From positions 18,414,001 through 18,478,000 of the forward strand of contig CATNEN010000001.1 of the NCBI GenBank assembly GCA_950097015.1: a stretch of DNA of 64,000 bases, written 5' to 3'. The stretch is from Macrostomum hystrix. Lineage: Eukaryota > Animalia > Platyhelminthes. The position numbers were made by a program, and so were the translations under genes. The notes below the pieces were generated by a model, which saw only the letters and a list, made by a program, of their open reading frames with translations, was not told where the DNA came from and ran no database searches. Below, piece by piece: positions 52,971 to 63,134 of this stretch. Positions within the stretch are counted from its first letter, which is position 1; each line of letters begins with the position of its first letter.

Positions 52971-55900
52971 ATGCTTCGAAGGCTTCAGTCGGCCACGTTG
53001 GTTCGCCTGCCGCTGTCTGCTAGTAGATCCCAGCTGTCCGCTGCCGCGGCTGCTACTCCGCCTCCGCCGCCGCCTCCGCCGCCGAAGCAGGAGAAGACAG
53101 TGTTTGGCCCTCTTAAAGATGAGGATCGCATCTTTACGAATCTTTACGGTAGGCACGACTGGCGCCTCAAAGCCGCTATGTCGCGCGGTCATTGGTACAA
53201 AACTAAAGAGATTGTGCTCAAGGGTCGCGAATGGATCACCAACGAGATGAAGCTTAGCGGCATGCGGGGCCGCGGAGGCGCCGGCTTCCCGACCGGACTG
53301 AAATGGTCTTTCATGCACAAGCCGGACGATGGCAGGCCCAGGTATCTAGTGGTGAACGCTGACGAGGGAGAACCCGGCACCTGCAAGGATCGGGAGATTA
53401 TGAGGCACGATCCGCACACCCTGGTTGAAGGCTGCCTCATTGCCGGCTCAGCTATGGGCGCCAGGGCTGCCTATATCTATATTAGAGGAGAATTCTATAG
53501 AGAGGCCTGCACTCTACAGGTTGGTTATTGAGTTCTGCTTCAAATATTGATTGCAATACAGTTCTCAAATCCAAGGTTCCTTAATCCTATTCTTGTCATT
53601 ATCCTAACTTATTTTTTGGCAGTCAATCCAAACTAATCCTACTTCAGTCTTTATTCTACTTAATCCTATTCGACTCTTTGTCATACATTATCATGTTTCC
53701 TGTCTTTATCCTACATTGTCATGTTTCAGTCTTTATCCTACTTTATTGTGTTTCAGTCTTTATCCTACATTATCTGGTTTCAGTCTTTATCCTACATTAT
53801 CTGGTTTCAGTATTTATCCTACATTATTTGGTTTCAGTCTTTATCCTACATTATCTGGTTTCAGTCTTTATCCTACATTATCTGGTTTCAGTATTTATCC
53901 TACTTTACCGTCTTTCAGTCTTTATCCTACATTATCTGGTTTCAGTCTTTATCCTACATTATCTGGTTTCAGTCTTTATCCTACATTATCTGGTTTCAGT
54001 CTTTATCCTACATTATCTGGTTTCAGTCTTTATCCTACATTATCTGGTTTCAGTCTTTATCCTACATTATCTGGTTTCAGTCTTTATCCTACATTATCTG
54101 GTTTCAGTCTTTATCCTACATTATCTGGTTTCAGTCTTTATCCTACATTATCTGGTTTCAGTCTTTATCCTACATTATCTGGTTTCAGTATTTATCCTAC
54201 TTTACCGTCTTTCAGTCTTTATCCTACATTATCTGGTTTCAGTCTTTATCCTACATTATCTGGTTTCAGTATTTATCCTACTTTACCGTCTTTCAGTCTT
54301 TATCCTACATTATCTGGTTTCAGCCTTTATCCTACATTATCTGGTTTCAGTCTTTATCCTACATTATCTGGTTTCAGTCTTTATCCTACATCATCGTTTT
54401 TCAGTCTTTATCCTGCATTATCGTGTTTCAATCTTTTTCCTACATTTTCGTGTTTCAGTCTTTATCCTGCATTTTTATGTTTCAGTCTTTATCCTGCATT
54501 TATAAGTTTCAGACTTTATCCTGCATTTTAATGTTTCAGTCTTTTTCCTGCATTATCGGGTTTTAGTCTTTATCCTACCTTATCCAATTCCAGTCTTTTT
54601 CCTATTGTAGTCTTATTCCACTATTTGGATTTATTTTTTCTCAAATTTTCCTTATTCGTGCACAAAAAATAAAAAACGCTATCCATACTACTGATGAGTT
54701 AAAACTCGCCCTCTTCAGGCCGCCATCAACGAGGCCTACGAAGCTGGATTTCTGGGTCGCAACGCCTGCGGCAGCGGCTACGACTACGACGTCTACGTTC
54801 ACCGCGGCGCCGGTGCCTATATCTGCGGCGAGGAGACTTCGCTCATTGAATCTCTGGAAGGCAAAGCTGGTAAGCCGAGGCTGAAGCCGCCATTCCCGGC
54901 CGATGTCGGCGTGTTCGGCTGTCCGACCACCGTCAACAATGTCGAAACTATCGCCGCCGCGCCCACAATCTGTCGCCGCGGCGGCGCCTGGTTCGCCAGC
55001 TTCGGGCGGGATCGGAATCGCGGCACCAAACTGTTCAACATCTCGGGACACGTCAACAATCCGTGCACCGTCGAAGAGGAGATGTCAATCTCGCTGAAGG
55101 AGCTAGTCGAGAGGCACGCTGGTGGCGTCATTGGCGGCTGGGACAACCTGTTGGCCGTCATTCCCGGGGGCAGCTCAACTCCGCTGATTCCTAAGAAAGT
55201 TTGCGACTCCGTCCTGATGGACTTCGATTCGTTGGTTCAGGCTCAGACCGCTCTGGGTGAGATTGTTGTGCAGTCGCTAAGGTTATACAGTTTTGTATGG
55301 GATCTAGTAGCCTCAGGTAGACTCCAGTAGAGTCCCAGGTAGACTATTTTAGAGTCTCAGGTAGACTCTAGTAGAGTCTCAGGTAGACTCCAGTAGAGTC
55401 TCAGGTAGAGTCTAGTAGAGTCTCAGGTAGAATCCCGTAGAGTCTCGGGTAGAGTCCTGTAGAGTCTCAGGTAGACTCCCCCAGTAGAGTCTCAGGTGGA
55501 CTCCAGTAGAGTCTCAGGTAGACTTCCGTAGAATCTCAGGTAGAGTCTCAGGTAGACTCCAGAAAAGTTTAATGTATTCTCTGGTAGATTGTGATGAACA
55601 ATAGTTTATAATCCTTTAAAATCCCGATCGTCATCATTCCAGGCACCGCCGCCCTAATCGTCATGAACAAGGACGCCGACGTTGTAAAGTGCATTGCTCG
55701 CCTGATGGACTTCTACAAGCACGAGAGCTGCGGCCAGTGCACGCCCTGCCGCGAGGGCACCGGTTGGATGATGCGCCTGACCAACCGGTTTGTGACCGGG
55801 GACGCTCGACCAGAAGAGATCGACCTACTGTGGGAGGTGTCCAAGCAGATTGAGGGCCACACCATCTGTGCCCTTGGCGACGGCGCCGCCTGGCCCGCCC

Positions 55901-56004
55901 AGGGTCTGATCCGGCATTTCCGGCCCGAACTGGAACGAAGAATGGCCGCCTTCGCAGCTACTGGCAAGAATCAGAGTCGCAGCGCTGCCAGCGGCAGTCA
56001 CTGA
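52971..56004 (+). CDS. NDUFV1: NADH:ubiquinone oxidoreductase 51-kDa flavoprotein subunit (complex I), mitochondrial, 482 aa
   Basis: Exons 52971-53519, 54719-55256 and 55643-56004. Arg/Ser/Leu-rich transit peptide, then [63 protein letters not shown] and the Fe-S motif [12 protein letters not shown]...ICALGD. Confidence 0.98.
53700..54580. repeat. 27-bp minisatellite CAGTCTTTATCCTACATTATCTGGTTT, about 32 units, NDUFV1 intron 1
   Basis: Tandem 27-bp period with a homogeneous centre and degenerate edges. Confidence 0.96.
55308..55562. repeat. About 22-bp minisatellite AGAGTCTCAGGTAGACTCCAGT, about 12 units, NDUFV1 intron 2
   Basis: Degenerate tandem repeat. Confidence 0.9.
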
Positions 56005-56105
56005 GCCCTGACATGCCAGTTCTTGTTGATACGCAAGTGTTGGCTTTTGACCATAGATTCTGAAAACTCGCTTCTTTTTCACCTTACCCGTGTGTGTTAA
56101 GAATT

Positions 56106-57956
56106 GTAGCTGCTAGGGTGGAGTAGATTCCATGGTAGCTGCTGGGGTGGAGTAGATTCCATGGTAGCTGCTGGGGTGGAGTAGATTCCATGGTAGCTGC
56201 TGGGGTGGAGTAGATTCTATGGTAGCTGCTGGGTGGAGTAGATTCCATGGTAGCTGCTGGGGTGGAGTAGATTCTATGGTAGCTGCTGGGGTGGAGTAGA
56301 TTCCATGGTAGCTGCTGGGGTGGAGTAGATTCTATGGTAGCTGCTATGGTGGAGTAGATTCTATGGTAGCTGCTAGGGTGGAGTAGACTCCATGGTAGCT
56401 GCTAGGGTGGAGTAGACTCCATGGTAGCTGCTGGGGTGGAGTAGATTCCATGGTAGCTGCTGGGGTGGAGTAGATTCTATGGTAGCTGCTATGGTGGAGT
56501 AGATTCTATGGTAGCTGCTATGGTGGAGTAGATTCTATGGTAGCTGCTATGGTGGAGTAGATTCTATGGTAGCTGCTAGGGTGGAGTAGACTCCATGGTA
56601 GCTGCTAGGGTGGAGTAGACTCCATGGTAGCTGCTGGGGTGGAGTAGATTCCATGGTAGCTGCTGGGGTGGAGTAGATTCTATGGTAGCTGCTATGGTGG
56701 AGTAGATTCTATGGTAGCTGCTGGGGTGGAGTAGATTCCATGGTAGCTGCTGGGGTGGAGTAGATTCTATGGTAGCTGCTATGGTGGAGTAGATTCTATG
56801 GTAGCTGCTAGGGTGGAGTAGACTCCATGGTAGCTGCTAGGGTGGAGTAGATTCCATGGTAGCTGCTGGGGTGGAGTAGATTCCATGGTAGCTGCTAGGG
56901 TGGCGTAAATTATATGGTAGCTGCTAATGTGGAGTAGAATCTATGGAAGCTACTTAGGTGGCGTAGATTCTATGGTAGCTGCTAGCGTGGAGTAGATTCT
57001 ATGGTAGCTGCTAACGTGGAGTAGATTCTATAGTAGCTGCTAGTGTGGAGTAGATTCTATGGTAGCTGCTAACGTGGAGTAGATTCTATAGTAGCTGCTA
57101 GCGTGGAGTAGATTCTATGGTAGCTGCTAGGGTGGAGTAGATTCCATGGTAGCTGCTAGTGTGGAGTAGATTCGATGGTAGCTGCTAGTGTGGAGTAGAT
57201 TCTATGGTAGCTGCTAGGGTGGAGTAGATTCTATAGTAGCTGCTAGTGTGGAGTAGATTCTATGGTAGCTGCTAGCGTGGAGTAGATTCCATGGTAGCTG
57301 CTAGGGTGGAGTAGATTCTATGGTAGCTGCTAACGTGGAGTAGATTCCATGGTAGCTGCTAGTGTGGAGTAGATTCGATGGTAGCTGCTAGTGTGGAGTA
57401 GATTCTATGGTAGCTGCTAGGGTGGAGTAGATTCTATAGTAGCTGCTAGTGTGGAGTAGATTCTATGGTAGCTGCTAGCGTGGAGTAGATTCCATGGTAG
57501 CTGCTAGGGTGGAGTAGATTCTATGGTAGCTGCTAGTGTGGAGTAGATTCCATGGTAGCTGCTAGGGTGGAGTAGATTCTATGGTAGCTGCTAACGTGGA
57601 GTAGATTCTATAGTAGCTGCTAGTGTGGAGTAGATTCTATGGTAGCTGCTAGCGTGGAGTAGATTCGATGGTAGCTGCTAGTGTGGAGTAGATTCCATGG
57701 TAGCTGCTGGTGTGGAGTAGATTCCATGGTAGCTGCTGGTGTGGAGTAGATTCCATGGTAGCTGCTGGTGTGGAGTAGATTCCATGGTAGCTGCTGGTGT
57801 GGAGTAAATTCGATGGTAGCTGCTAGTGTGGAGTAGATTCGACTGTAGCTGCTGGTGTGGAGTAGATTCGATGGTAGCTGCTAGTGTGGAGTAGATTCGA
57901 TGGTAGCTGCTAGTGTGGAGTAGATTCGATGGTAGCTGCTGGTGTGGAGTAGATTC
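56106..57956. repeat. 29-bp minisatellite GTAGCTGCTAGGGTGGAGTAGATTC(C/T)ATG, about 64 units
   Basis: Tandem 29-bp period starting about 100 bp after the NDUFV1 stop codon. Confidence 0.97.
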
Positions 57957-58496
57957 AGTAAACTCATAAATCTATTTATTAATTCGTTCATCTTGCTTTA
58001 GTTAGTATTTTGGCTTAAATATTGGTTTAAAGGTCATTTCTGCAGTACTCTTATTATACAATTATTTAAGATTAAAAAAAACAAATATAATTGTGAAACC
58101 TGTATAAAGTTAAGAAACAAGGCTAGATAACTCTGTTAATTTACGATTTTTTCCCTTTTTGTTTATTTTATTACGAATCTTAAAGTGATCTTTATGAATA
58201 ACACGTGAGTCATCTGGTTAAACAGCATATTTGCAGTGAGTTAAAATAATGCAAATAAACTTGTTCTGTTGAACTATCTATATAATAAAGAAGATAAAAT
58301 ATACAACTTCTATACATAGTATTTGTATGAATATCGCATGCAAAAGTTTTTTTCAATTCGTTCATTTTTTATTAAATAGTAATTATATATATATATATAT
58401 CATAGTTATTATCTTTAAATAATCACAATGTATTGATACCTTTGATGAGGTGAAAAAAATGAGGTGTATTTCGATTCACCGAATTCCAGCAAACCC

Positions 58497-58866
58497 ACCT
58501 AATCCTGATTCACCATTTACCTAATCCTGATTCACCATTCACCTAATCCTGATTCACCATTCACCTAATCCTGATTCACCATTCACCTAATCCTGATTCA
58601 CCATTCACCTAATCCTGATTCACCATTCACCTAATCCTGATTCACCATTTACCTAATCCTGATTCACCATTCACCTAATCCTGATTCACCATTCACCTAA
58701 TCCTGATTCACCATTCACCTAATCCTGATTCACCATTCACCTAATCCTGATTCACCATTCACCTATTTCTGATTCACCATTCACCTAATCCTGATTCACT
58801 ATTCACCTAATCCTGATTCACCATTCACCTAGTCACGATTCACCATTCACCTAGTCACTATTCACC
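58497..58866. repeat. 22-bp minisatellite CCTAATCCTGATTCACCATTCA, about 17 units
   Basis: Tandem 22-bp period. Confidence 0.95.
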
Positions 58867-58959
58867 AAATCCCGATTAACCCAAATCAATATTCACAAAA
58901 TTCTGATTCACTAAATCCCGAATAACCTCATCCCTATTCACTAAACCCTGACTTGGTTT

Positions 58960-59085
58960 GTGGTGAGTGGCAAAGCTGTTTCGTGTTTGACTCACGCGCA
59001 AAGGTCCCTGAGACGAATCCGCGGTGAGGCCACATTAATTGTGGGGACGATGCTAAAAGTCAGGGCAGATGTGTCCAGCTGAATA
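58960..59085 (+). mobile_element. Degenerate, internally deleted copy of SINE family 1 in the opposite orientation
   Basis: GTGGCAAAGC...AAGGTCCCTGAGACGAATCCGCGGTGAGGCCACATT followed by GACGATG..AAAGTCAGGGCAGATG. These are reverse complements of two segments of the 61633-61950 copy. Confidence 0.7.
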
Positions 59086-59185
59086 AGCAGTAGCTGCAGA
59101 TTATCTGTTGTCATGTGAAACAAGAAAATTAATGCATTCACACATCTTAATTAAAAAAAAATTGCAGAATCTCTTTTTCCTAACA

Positions 59186-59941
59186 ATGTCCGCCGCTTCA
59201 ACTGGTCCGTTGGTGATTGGCGCCGGCCTCATGCGAACTGGCACCAATTCGCAGATGAAAGCTCTGGAAATTCTGCTTGGCGGTCGCTGCTATCACATGG
59301 ACATTGTGATGGAAGAGAAACTGCACCATCTGAACTTATGGTACATGGCTGCCACCAGAGGCCTAACTAAAGAGTTGGCTGACCAAATCTTTGATGGTTT
59401 CAACGCGTGTACAGATTTCCCAGCTGCTCATTTCTACAAAGAGTTGATGGAGATTTATCCGGATGCTAGATTTGTGCTTAGTCTGCGAGACTCCAAGGCT
59501 TGGGTGAGGAGTGTCCGAGCAACCATTCTACAATCCAAGCTCACCGTCGAGTACATGCTGTGGCCGGTGAGATGGCTGTTGGGAATATCCTATTATCTGC
59601 CGCTGAGCGACGCTGTCTTAGGGACTCGACTTGGTCTCAACTTCGACATGTCAGACGAAGAGCTCACTCGAGTGTTTGAGCATCACAATGAAGCTGTGAT
59701 GCAGACTATTCCTAAAGAGCGCCTGCTTGTTTATCGTGTCACTGATGGTTGGGAACCGCTGTGCGAATTTCTCAACTTACCTGTACCGCGAGAACCATTT
59801 CCTCATCTAAACGACACTAAACGTTTCTTAGAAACCATTGTTGGTCTGAGAGTTGCCGGGCCATTGCTCAATGTGGCTGTATGTTCTGCCGCTTTTGCGT
59901 TTGTTTGGTTCGGTGTGAAGTGCTGCGTATCTCGTCTCTAG
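59186..59941 (+). CDS. Sulfotransferase (Sulfotransfer_4 / schistosome SULT-OR-like family), paralogue 1, with C-terminal hydrophobic helix
   Basis: VIGAGLMRTGTNS..ALEIL..GRCYHM, TDFP...FYKELM..YPDA.FVLS.RD, HNE.V...IPKERLLVY....GWEPLCEFL..PVP..PFPHLND. No coding introns. The ATG at 59186 is preferred to the TTG in the track. Confidence 0.88.
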   Translation: MSAASTGPLVIGAGLMRTGTNSQMKALEILLGGRCYHMDIVMEEKLHHLNLWYMAATRGLTKELADQIFDGFNACTDFPAAHFYKELMEIYPDARFVLSLRDSKAWVRSVRATILQSKLTVEYMLWPVRWLLGISYYLPLSDAVLGTRLGLNFDMSDEELTRVFEHHNEAVMQTIPKERLLVYRVTDGWEPLCEFLNLPVPREPFPHLNDTKRFLETIVGLRVAGPLLNVAVCSAAFAFVWFGVKCCVSRL

Positions 59942-60254
59942 GAGGCTTACAATTCGCAACTTTTTAGTAGGCCGTCTTGTTTAATTTCCGTTCCAGTATT
60001 GATTGCTTATATTTTTTGTTAATTAAATTGCGCAATATATTTCTTTTTTTACAAATCTTAAGAGCTTGACTTACTTGACTGGGCTTCAAGTGGCATCGTC
60101 AGGATGCAGCGGGGAGGCCTTAACGGCAGAGCAGTTCTGCTCCGGAGAGTCCAGGTGTTGGGGAGTGGTGCTCTCCCGGTAGCCTTTCGGTTAGCGTACA
60201 AGTTGACAGTTTCTTGAGCTTGAGTCGGTACTTAGGCGGGTTTGTTTTGTGTTT

Positions 60255-60352
60255 TAATATCTGGACGATGCCAATGTTTTGTGATTCTGGAAGTTGTTTC
60301 ATCGGATAGAGCAGAAAATTTTAGCCACGTGTTCTGCATTTTCATGGCGATG
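60255..60352. repeat. Dispersed ~100-bp repeat fragment, copy 2
   Basis: Matches 20385-20480. Confidence 0.75.
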
Positions 60353-60423
60353 TTGTCAATTGTAATTATGTTTCTCGCATAATATATTTCAGGTCAGAAT
60401 AATTTAAGGATTGAACAGAAAAA

Positions 60424-61206
60424 ATGCCTGCTGGTAAGGTGGATCGAATCCACAGCTACTCGTCTGGTCCGTTAGTGATTGGTGCTGGTCTGATGAGAAC
60501 TGGCACCAATTCGCAGATGAAGGCTCTGGAAATTCTGCTTGGCGGTCGCTGCTACCACATGGAGTACATCTTGCGATATAATAGGGCCCATTTGAAACTG
60601 TGGTACACAGCGGCTAGTGCAGGCTTGACTAAAGATATGGCGGATGAAATTCTGAACGGATTTCTAGCTGTCACAGATTTCCCTACAGCGTTTTTCTATC
60701 GCGAATTGATGCAAATTTATCCCGACGCCAAGTTTGTGCTGAGCGTTCGTGATCCGAAACGATGGGCTCTGAGTGTGAAGTCGACAATAGCCCAGATATC
60801 TGTTGCTGTCAATAGTATGCTTCCGCTCTCCAGGTGGCTATGGGGCCTGTCCTACTATGAGCCGTTGCACGACATCATCTTTCAGTCAAGATTCGGCTTC
60901 AGCTATGACATGACCGACGATGAGATGATCAAGGCTTTCAATGGTCACGTAGAATCCGTGACCAGAGCCATTCCTAAGGATCGCCTGCTGGTGTTCCAAG
61001 TTAGCGACGGTTGGGGGCCGTTGTGCAAATTTCTTGACCTACCAGTGCCCGATGTGCCATTTCCCAATGTGAACGACAGTGTTCAATTTCAACAGTTCAT
61101 ACGTTTCATGAAAATGGCCAGTGTAACTACTAACCTGGCTGTCTGCTCGGCTGCGGGAGCTGTTCTGTGGTTCGGCTTCAAGTTTGTCTTGAGTAGATTT
61201 TTTTAG
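60424..61206 (+). CDS. Sulfotransferase (Sulfotransfer_4 family), paralogue 2
   Basis: Same motifs (GAGLMRTGTNS, CYHM, GWGPLCKFL, PFPNVND). AATAAA at 61270-61275. Confidence 0.9.
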   Translation: MPAGKVDRIHSYSSGPLVIGAGLMRTGTNSQMKALEILLGGRCYHMEYILRYNRAHLKLWYTAASAGLTKDMADEILNGFLAVTDFPTAFFYRELMQIYPDAKFVLSVRDPKRWALSVKSTIAQISVAVNSMLPLSRWLWGLSYYEPLHDIIFQSRFGFSYDMTDDEMIKAFNGHVESVTRAIPKDRLLVFQVSDGWGPLCKFLDLPVPDVPFPNVNDSVQFQQFIRFMKMASVTTNLAVCSAAGAVLWFGFKFVLSRFF

Positions 61207-61632
61207 AAAATTGGTTTCCTGGAACAAAACATTCGGTTTTTTACTGCCCTATCTTCAATGTCCGATAGAAATAAAAAACACACTATACTCGTAGCCTTCT
61301 TAGTGTTTTAATGTCAAACTTTTGTTAACAATTATTTGTTATAACTCATTCTCTGAACAAGTTTTTTGTGTGCTTTTTATGACATTTTCTACATGTCTTT
61401 TTCTACACCAATTCTATATTATCAGATTTTTATTGTATTAAATACGAGCACATTTTTGTTTCTTTGACAGCGTGCAAGAGCTTGTAGTTTTTACTAAAAA
61501 AATAAAATTGCAGCACTCGCTTTTTTATCTTTTAAAGTAATGACATTTTTACACCTGTAAGTTGAAAATAATAAGTAATTTCAGATTAGGCTACATTATG
61601 TTAGATAATTATAATAATATTATTATTGATTA

Positions 61633-61950
61633 CAGGAGGGCAGCGGGCAATGGCACATCATTTGCGGACACTAGACCCGCAGCCAGCGAGGAGGCAATTC
61701 TGCCCATTTCGCTTGACTCCTGAGCACACACGCTCACGCAGGTGTGTACATCTGCCCTGACTTTCTCATCGTCATGCAGTGTACACTCTCACTGTGCCTT
61801 CAAGGTTGGCCCTCAAGGGGGTAAATTGCACGGCAAGCCCGCAAGCCTTCTCTCCGCGGCTGCGCCCCAATCGAATGTGGCCTCGCCGCGGAATCGAGCT
61901 CAGGGACCTTGGTGCGAGAGGCAAACGCGTTAACCGCTCTGCCACCGACC
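61633..61950 (-). mobile_element. tRNA-derived SINE, family 1, best-preserved copy
   Basis: Minus-strand head GGTGGCAGAGCGGTTAACGCG (A box) ... GAGCTCGATTCC (B-box-like), a body with a long hairpin, and an AT-rich (AAT/ATT)n tail at about 61605-61632. Confidence 0.85.
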
Positions 61951-62177
61951 CCCTTTATATTAGTTATACTGTTAAGTTTCCCACTTAGACCAATAGGGAT
62001 TCGCCATTGAGTTTATACAGAGCAATGTGAGTTGTCTTTGTCACCAGAATCGCTGAATATCTCGACGATGATCTAAGAGGTTCTTAGATCCTATGTTAGC
62101 TAAGAGGTTCATTGTACTTCAGACAATCAAAAACGAACCGCTTTCGTGTAAAAAAACAGTCTTTTAACTTCTTCAAA

Positions 62178-62321
62178 ATCTTCCACCTGACATCATTCCA
62201 AATTGCAGTGGAGGAGGGAAGGCAGATCTTCCACCTGACATCATTCCAAATTGCAGTGGAGGAGGGAAGGCAGATCTTCCACCTGACATCATTCCAAATT
62301 GCAGTGGAGGAGGGAAGGCAG
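62178..62321 (+). repeat. Perfect 48-bp triplication just upstream of sulfotransferase 3
   Basis: ATCTTCCACCTGACATCATTCCAAATTGCAGTGGAGGAGGGAAGGCAG x3. Confidence 0.97.
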
Positions 62322-62336
62322 TTTGTTGCCAGCAGC

Positions 62337-63134
62337 ATGCTATCTAACAACGGGAATGAGCAGCAGCTGGTTGATCTGGAGAACAAACCAAAGAGTCGCG
62401 GTCCCAGGGTGATCAGCACTGGCCTGATGCGAACTGGCACTAATGCACAGATGCTGGCTCTGGAGAAGCTGCTCGGCGGTCGCTGCTACCATATGCAAGT
62501 GATCATGTCCGAGAAGAAGGACCATATGAAGCTCTGGTACAAAGCCGCCACAATGGGTCTGACTAGAGAACTAGCCGACCAAATATTCGACGGTTTCAGT
62601 TCGGCTGCGGACTTTCCAACAGCAATGTTCTACCCGGAGTTGGTTGAGCTTTATCCCGATGCCAAATTCGTGCTCAGCGTGCGAGATCCAAAGCGTTGGG
62701 CGACTAGCATGCAGCTCACAGTGGGCAAGGTGTACAGGGCTGTTGGTCGCATGTTGCCGCCCTGTCGCTGGCTGTGGGGCCTGACCTATTTTAAACGGCT
62801 TCACGACGCCATCTTTCAGTCCAGATTGCCGCTGAATTTCGACATGTCCGAAGAAGAACTTGTCGCAGTGTTTGAGCGTCACAGCGAGGCTGTAATAAGG
62901 ACTATTCCCGCGGACAAGCTGTTGCTGTATCGTGTCACAGACGGTTGGGAGCCATTGTGCAAGCACCTGGATCTGCCAGTGCCTGATAAACCGTTTCCGC
63001 ATGTTCAAGACAGCAAAGAGTTTGAATTCTTTGCCAATTTTATTAGCATAGCGGCTGTGGTCACTAATGTGACTCTCTGCTCCATTGCGGGAGCTGTAGT
63101 CCTTGTCATTGTTGGTTTATTTTGGCTGCGTTGA
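62337..63134 (+). CDS. Sulfotransferase (Sulfotransfer_4 family), paralogue 3
   Basis: VISTGLMRTGTNA, CYHM, ADFP, YPDAKFVLSVRD, GWEPLCKHL, PFPHVQD and a C-terminal hydrophobic segment. First in-frame ATG is at 62337. Confidence 0.88.
   Translation: MLSNNGNEQQLVDLENKPKSRGPRVISTGLMRTGTNAQMLALEKLLGGRCYHMQVIMSEKKDHMKLWYKAATMGLTRELADQIFDGFSSAADFPTAMFYPELVELYPDAKFVLSVRDPKRWATSMQLTVGKVYRAVGRMLPPCRWLWGLTYFKRLHDAIFQSRLPLNFDMSEEELVAVFERHSEAVIRTIPADKLLLYRVTDGWEPLCKHLDLPVPDKPFPHVQDSKEFEFFANFISIAAVVTNVTLCSIAGAVVLVIVGLFWLR

Noticed and set aside
26491-54566. Long repetitive ORFs (for example 782 aa TTIHLL, 304 aa FPDPQDGLET, 211 aa RRGETRS, 275 aa VFILHYL)
   Set aside because: They are translations of intronic or intergenic minisatellites; the host genes splice cleanly around them.
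26026-58866. CRISPR-like appearance of the 19-40-bp repeat arrays
   Set aside because: The units are head-to-tail with no unique spacers, there are no cas genes, and the context is eukaryotic.
58497-58866. Interstitial telomeric repeat (CCTAA-containing)
   Set aside because: The period is 22 bp with a single CCTAA per unit, not (TTAGGG)n or (TTAGG)n.
62112-62336. 75-aa N-terminal extension of sulfotransferase 3 shown in the ORF track
   Set aside because: It starts at TTG, is made largely of the 48-bp triplication, and the paralogues start close to the VIG/VIS motif.
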